The notes under the pieces were generated by a model. It worked only from the letters and a program-made list of their open reading frames with translations, did not search any database and had not been told where the DNA came from. A stretch of 64,000 nucleotides of DNA from an uncultured Actinomycetes bacterium (GTDB lineage Bacteria; Actinomycetota; Thermoleophilia; Solirubrobacterales; 70-9), in the NCBI GenBank assembly GCA_963800355.1, contig CAWDAP010000002.1, positions 2,608 to 66,607 of the forward strand, read 5' to 3'. Both the position numbers and the translations under genes were made by a program. This document shows positions 63,014 to 64,000 of the stretch, in pieces; positions within the stretch are counted from its first letter, which is position 1; every line of letters begins with the position of its first letter.

Positions 63014-64000
63014 CTAGGCGGCGACCTCGACCGCCGCGTCGTCGCGCCGCGTCGCCGCGGCCGCCGGCCCGCGCGAGAACTCCATCTCCTCGTCGACCGG
63101 CCCGTGCTTGAAGAGGCGGATATCGCGAGCGTAGTTCTGGTGCAGGCGCCAGGGGCGGCGCGCGCCCTGCTTCGGCAGCTGGTCGATCGCCCGCAGCACG
63201 TAGCCGGACTTGAGGTCGATGAAGGGTTCGCGCGCCATCGACGGGCCCGGCTCGCGCGGGGTCGCGACCCTGTAGCCGTGGGCGTCCATGTAGTTGAGGA
63301 GGCGGCAGACGTACTGCGAGACCAGGTCGCACTTGAGCGTGAAGGAGGCGTTGGTGTAGCCGAGGGCGACCGCGAGGTTGGGGACGCCGCCGAACATCGC
63401 CCCCTTGTAGCCGAGCAGCTCGGAGAACTCCTTGCGCTCGCCGTCGACCCTGACCTCGATCCCGCCCAGGATCAGCAGGTTGAGCCCGGTCGCGGTGACG
63501 ATGACGTCGGCCTCGAGCTCGCGCCCCGAGCTGAGCTCGATCCCCCTCTCGGTGAAGGTCTCGATCGTGTCGGTGACGACGTCGGCCTTGCCGCAGCGGA
63601 TCGCCTCGAAGAGGTCGCCGCCGGGGACCAGACAGACGCGCTCGTCCCAGGGGTCGTACTTCGGTTCGAAGTTGGTGTCGACGTCGTAGCCGGGCGGCAG
63701 CTGCCGCTCGACCCCGCGCCGGATCAGCCTGCGGACGAAGCCCGGCCGCCGGCGCGAGAGCTGGTAGAAGGCCATCTGGGTCAGCACGTTCTTCCAGCGG
63801 ACGACCGCGTAGCGGGCCCTGTCGGGGAGGACACGGCGCAGCGCCTTGGCGATCGGGTCCTGGGCGGGCAGGGTGACGACGTAGCCGGGCGAGCGCTGCA
63901 GCATCGTGATCCGCTCGGTTTCCGGCGCCATCGCCGGGATCAGCGTCACCGCGGTGGCGCCGCTGCCGATCACGACCACGCGCTTGCCCTTGTAGTCGAG
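63014..64000 (-). CDS. flavin-dependent (Baeyer-Villiger/EthA-like) monooxygenase, 5'-truncated by window end
   Basis: The second Rossmann motif ([13 protein letters not shown]) sits at the window edge, followed by a typical FMO/BVMO C-terminal half. The stop is 8 nt upstream of the P450 start. Confidence 0.75.
   Translation of the reverse strand, partial: LDYKGKRVVVIGSGATAVTLIPAMAPETERITMLQRSPGYVVTLPAQDPIAKALRRVLPDRARYAVVRWKNVLTQMAFYQLSRRRPGFVRRLIRRGVERQLPPGYDVDTNFEPKYDPWDERVCLVPGGDLFEAIRCGKADVVTDTIETFTERGIELSSGRELEADVIVTATGLNLLILGGIEVRVDGERKEFSELLGYKGAMFGGVPNLAVALGYTNASFTLKCDLVSQYVCRLLNYMDAHGYRVATPREPGPSMAREPFIDLKSGYVLRAIDQLPKQGARRPWRLHQNYARDIRLFKHGPVDEEMEFSRGPAAAATRRDDAAVEVAA

Overview
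This is a very GC-rich bacterial chromosomal segment; third codon positions of real genes are almost all G/C. Gene content looks Actinomycetota-like, perhaps Thermoleophilia-type, but I cannot verify the taxon without a search. Many long ORFs in the six-frame track are antisense 'shadow' frames rich in R/P/A/G. I called genes from recognisable family motifs, start/stop coupling and codon style.

Layout:
- 1-6.3 kb: a sulfotransferase, two charged coiled-coil proteins, an eRF1-like (baeRF/Vms1-type) protein, two nested MITE-like palindromic elements, and an arsenic module (MIP channel divergent from arsR-arsC).
- 6.3-17.7 kb: acyl-CoA and leucine-type catabolism. Genes are PhzF-like, methylcrotonyl-CoA carboxylase beta, HMG-CoA lyase, two acyl-CoA dehydrogenases, TetR, an IcmA-like mutase and an alpha/beta hydrolase. 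A lower-GC islet (secreted protein plus membrane pentapeptide-repeat protein) and a decayed ChbG/YdjC gene split this block.
- 17.8-33.9 kb: a wHTH-MFS pair, a membrane GGDEF/HD-GYP protein, an acylphosphatase::LigD-phosphoesterase fusion, an operon of FGE-fold protein, 7-blade propeller and sulfatase, then GMC oxidoreductase, fatty-acid hydroxylase, HAD, a DUF559-type protein, cupin and AKR.
- 34-45.5 kb: envelope genes (membrane-anchored 516-aa protein, SGNH lipase, 4x DUF4389 protein coupled to an M48 protease), a 1192-aa membrane-anchored NACHT/STAND NTPase, a secreted NHL protein and a YcaQ-like protein. A second, inverted copy of the MITE supplies the YcaQ stop codon.
- 45.5-61.6 kb: a mosaic accessory zone containing:
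  - two vapBC pairs;
  - a 5.7-kb tRNA-His-associated island bounded by a perfect 45-bp direct repeat, with no integrase and cargo of a wHTH protein, a PIN-like protein, a HEPN-motif protein and an ORF split by an IS256 with an 8-bp target duplication;
  - three tandem paralogous wHTH regulators plus XRE and RHH genes;
  - a junkyard of IS21, ParB and TrpB2 remnants.
- 61.6-64 kb: a P450 and a partial flavin monooxygenase.

The best candidates for an undescribed system are the nuclease-rich tRNA-His island cargo (48.9-53.9 kb) and the membrane-anchored NACHT protein (39.0-42.6 kb). Every family assignment comes from motif reading alone and needs HMM or BLAST confirmation.
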